Shown: positions 62,903-64,000 of the stretch, piece by piece
Position numbering within the stretch: position 1 is the first letter of the stretch
Layout of the letters: each line of letters starts with the position of its first letter
Source of the DNA: Chrysomallon squamiferum
Lineage: Eukaryota > Animalia > Mollusca
Assembly: GCA_012295275.1 (NCBI GenBank)
Contig: CM022671.1
Coordinates: 28,706,001-28,770,000, forward strand
Length of the DNA: 64,000 bases
Direction of reading: 5' to 3'
The notes under the pieces: model-generated
Told to the model about the DNA's origin: nothing
The model's input: only the letters and a program-made list of their open reading frames with translations
Databases searched by the model: none
Translations under genes and position numbers: made by a program

Positions 62903-64000
62903 GATATATATATATACCATGAGTAACAGGACCAATCCTTTTTAACTGGGTTTTTCCCGTTCTTTGTATATGACAGATCCCTGCTCCATAATATTATCCG
63001 TAAGTTCACAATAACCTTTATATACATATATATATTTTCACACAATCATTACAAAACATTGTGAGCAATACCTTTCAGAGTGTAAACCAAAAAAAAAGTA
63101 GTTACTTTCTGCCTGTAATAACAAGTAATATAAAATTATGTTTAAAGTGTTAATTCACTTATACCGTAGTTTTATAGAAGTAACGGCAATTAACTCGCCA
63201 TAATTTCTACCGTTCAACGCAGAGCCTTGACCTAAACGTCTATCGTTATCCTGCGATCTGTTGTTTGTTTCTGAGAGTGGAACGTAAAGGTGTGCGAGGG
63301 ATAGGGCAACGTGCGTCAACACGTGAAAGGTATATCGTTTAGTGTGGTTAACGGCAGAGTTTCTATCAATGACTGAGTTTCTCGAGCACTGTTAGAAAGG
63401 TTGCGTTTAGTTGTAAAGGTTTAATGTGATTATATTTCTACGCTGTTGTCTGTTGTTTTGTTGGGAGATTTTTGTGGGGGGTTTTGGGGGAGAGGTTGTT
63501 TGTTTATTTGTTGTTATGGGTTTGTTTGTTTGGTGCTTTTTTTAAGTTTCTTTTTCAGGGTGTTTTTTTTTTTGTTTGTTTGTTTTTTTAAATTTATTTT
63601 TGTTTATTTTATTTTATTTTATTTTTTTTTTTTTGCACATGTAAATACGATTTTCATTATTATTTAACCAAGCTTTTTAAAGACACATCAACGTCATCGA
63701 CATCGTCATCTTTATCATCACGATATCTATTTAAAATTCTACAGACTTAATTTAATTCAAGTTGTACGTGTGTTTTTGTACTCGAATATAAACCTTCACT
63801 CCTTTCATAAATATTTGTGAACCACTAATAAACTAGAGAACTTTTCACCACCAAAGCTGTTACAAACATCAATAGACGTGTTTGTAAGACAGAAAATAAA
63901 CAGATCTATAGGTAAACTAACACGTAATTACGTGCAGTATGAAACAAAATGTGTATATGACTATTGATGGTGATAATAACTTGTTGTTTTCATAGCAGAA

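Overview
AT-rich, microsatellite-dense eukaryotic (metazoan) genomic DNA; the repeat content looks mollusc-like, which is my inference. It holds four spliced protein-coding genes that the ORF track mostly misses: GOSR1 (+, 8 coding exons, last intron U12-type), CENPV (-, 4 coding exons), a secreted/GPI-type alpha-carbonic anhydrase (+, 8 exons) and a Tctex1-domain dynein light chain (-). There is a tRNA-Val cluster at 2.4-5.4 kb (TAC, CAC, TAC, AAC plus pseudogene and fragment), with outlying copies at 33.0 and 54.4 kb. All full-length copies have almost identical bodies and a U73 discriminator. Mobile elements are a 5'-truncated Tx1/L1-like LINE, three TA-targeting pogo/Tigger-type DNA elements, and old tRNA-SINE fragments. 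The most notable observation is that the LINE's 5' junction falls about 9 bp upstream of where a tRNA-Val(CAC) gene sits in the paralogous unit, suggesting a tRNA-gene-targeting retrotransposon. The right ~25 kb is mostly non-coding: microsatellites, minisatellites and CpG-rich putative promoters or first exons.
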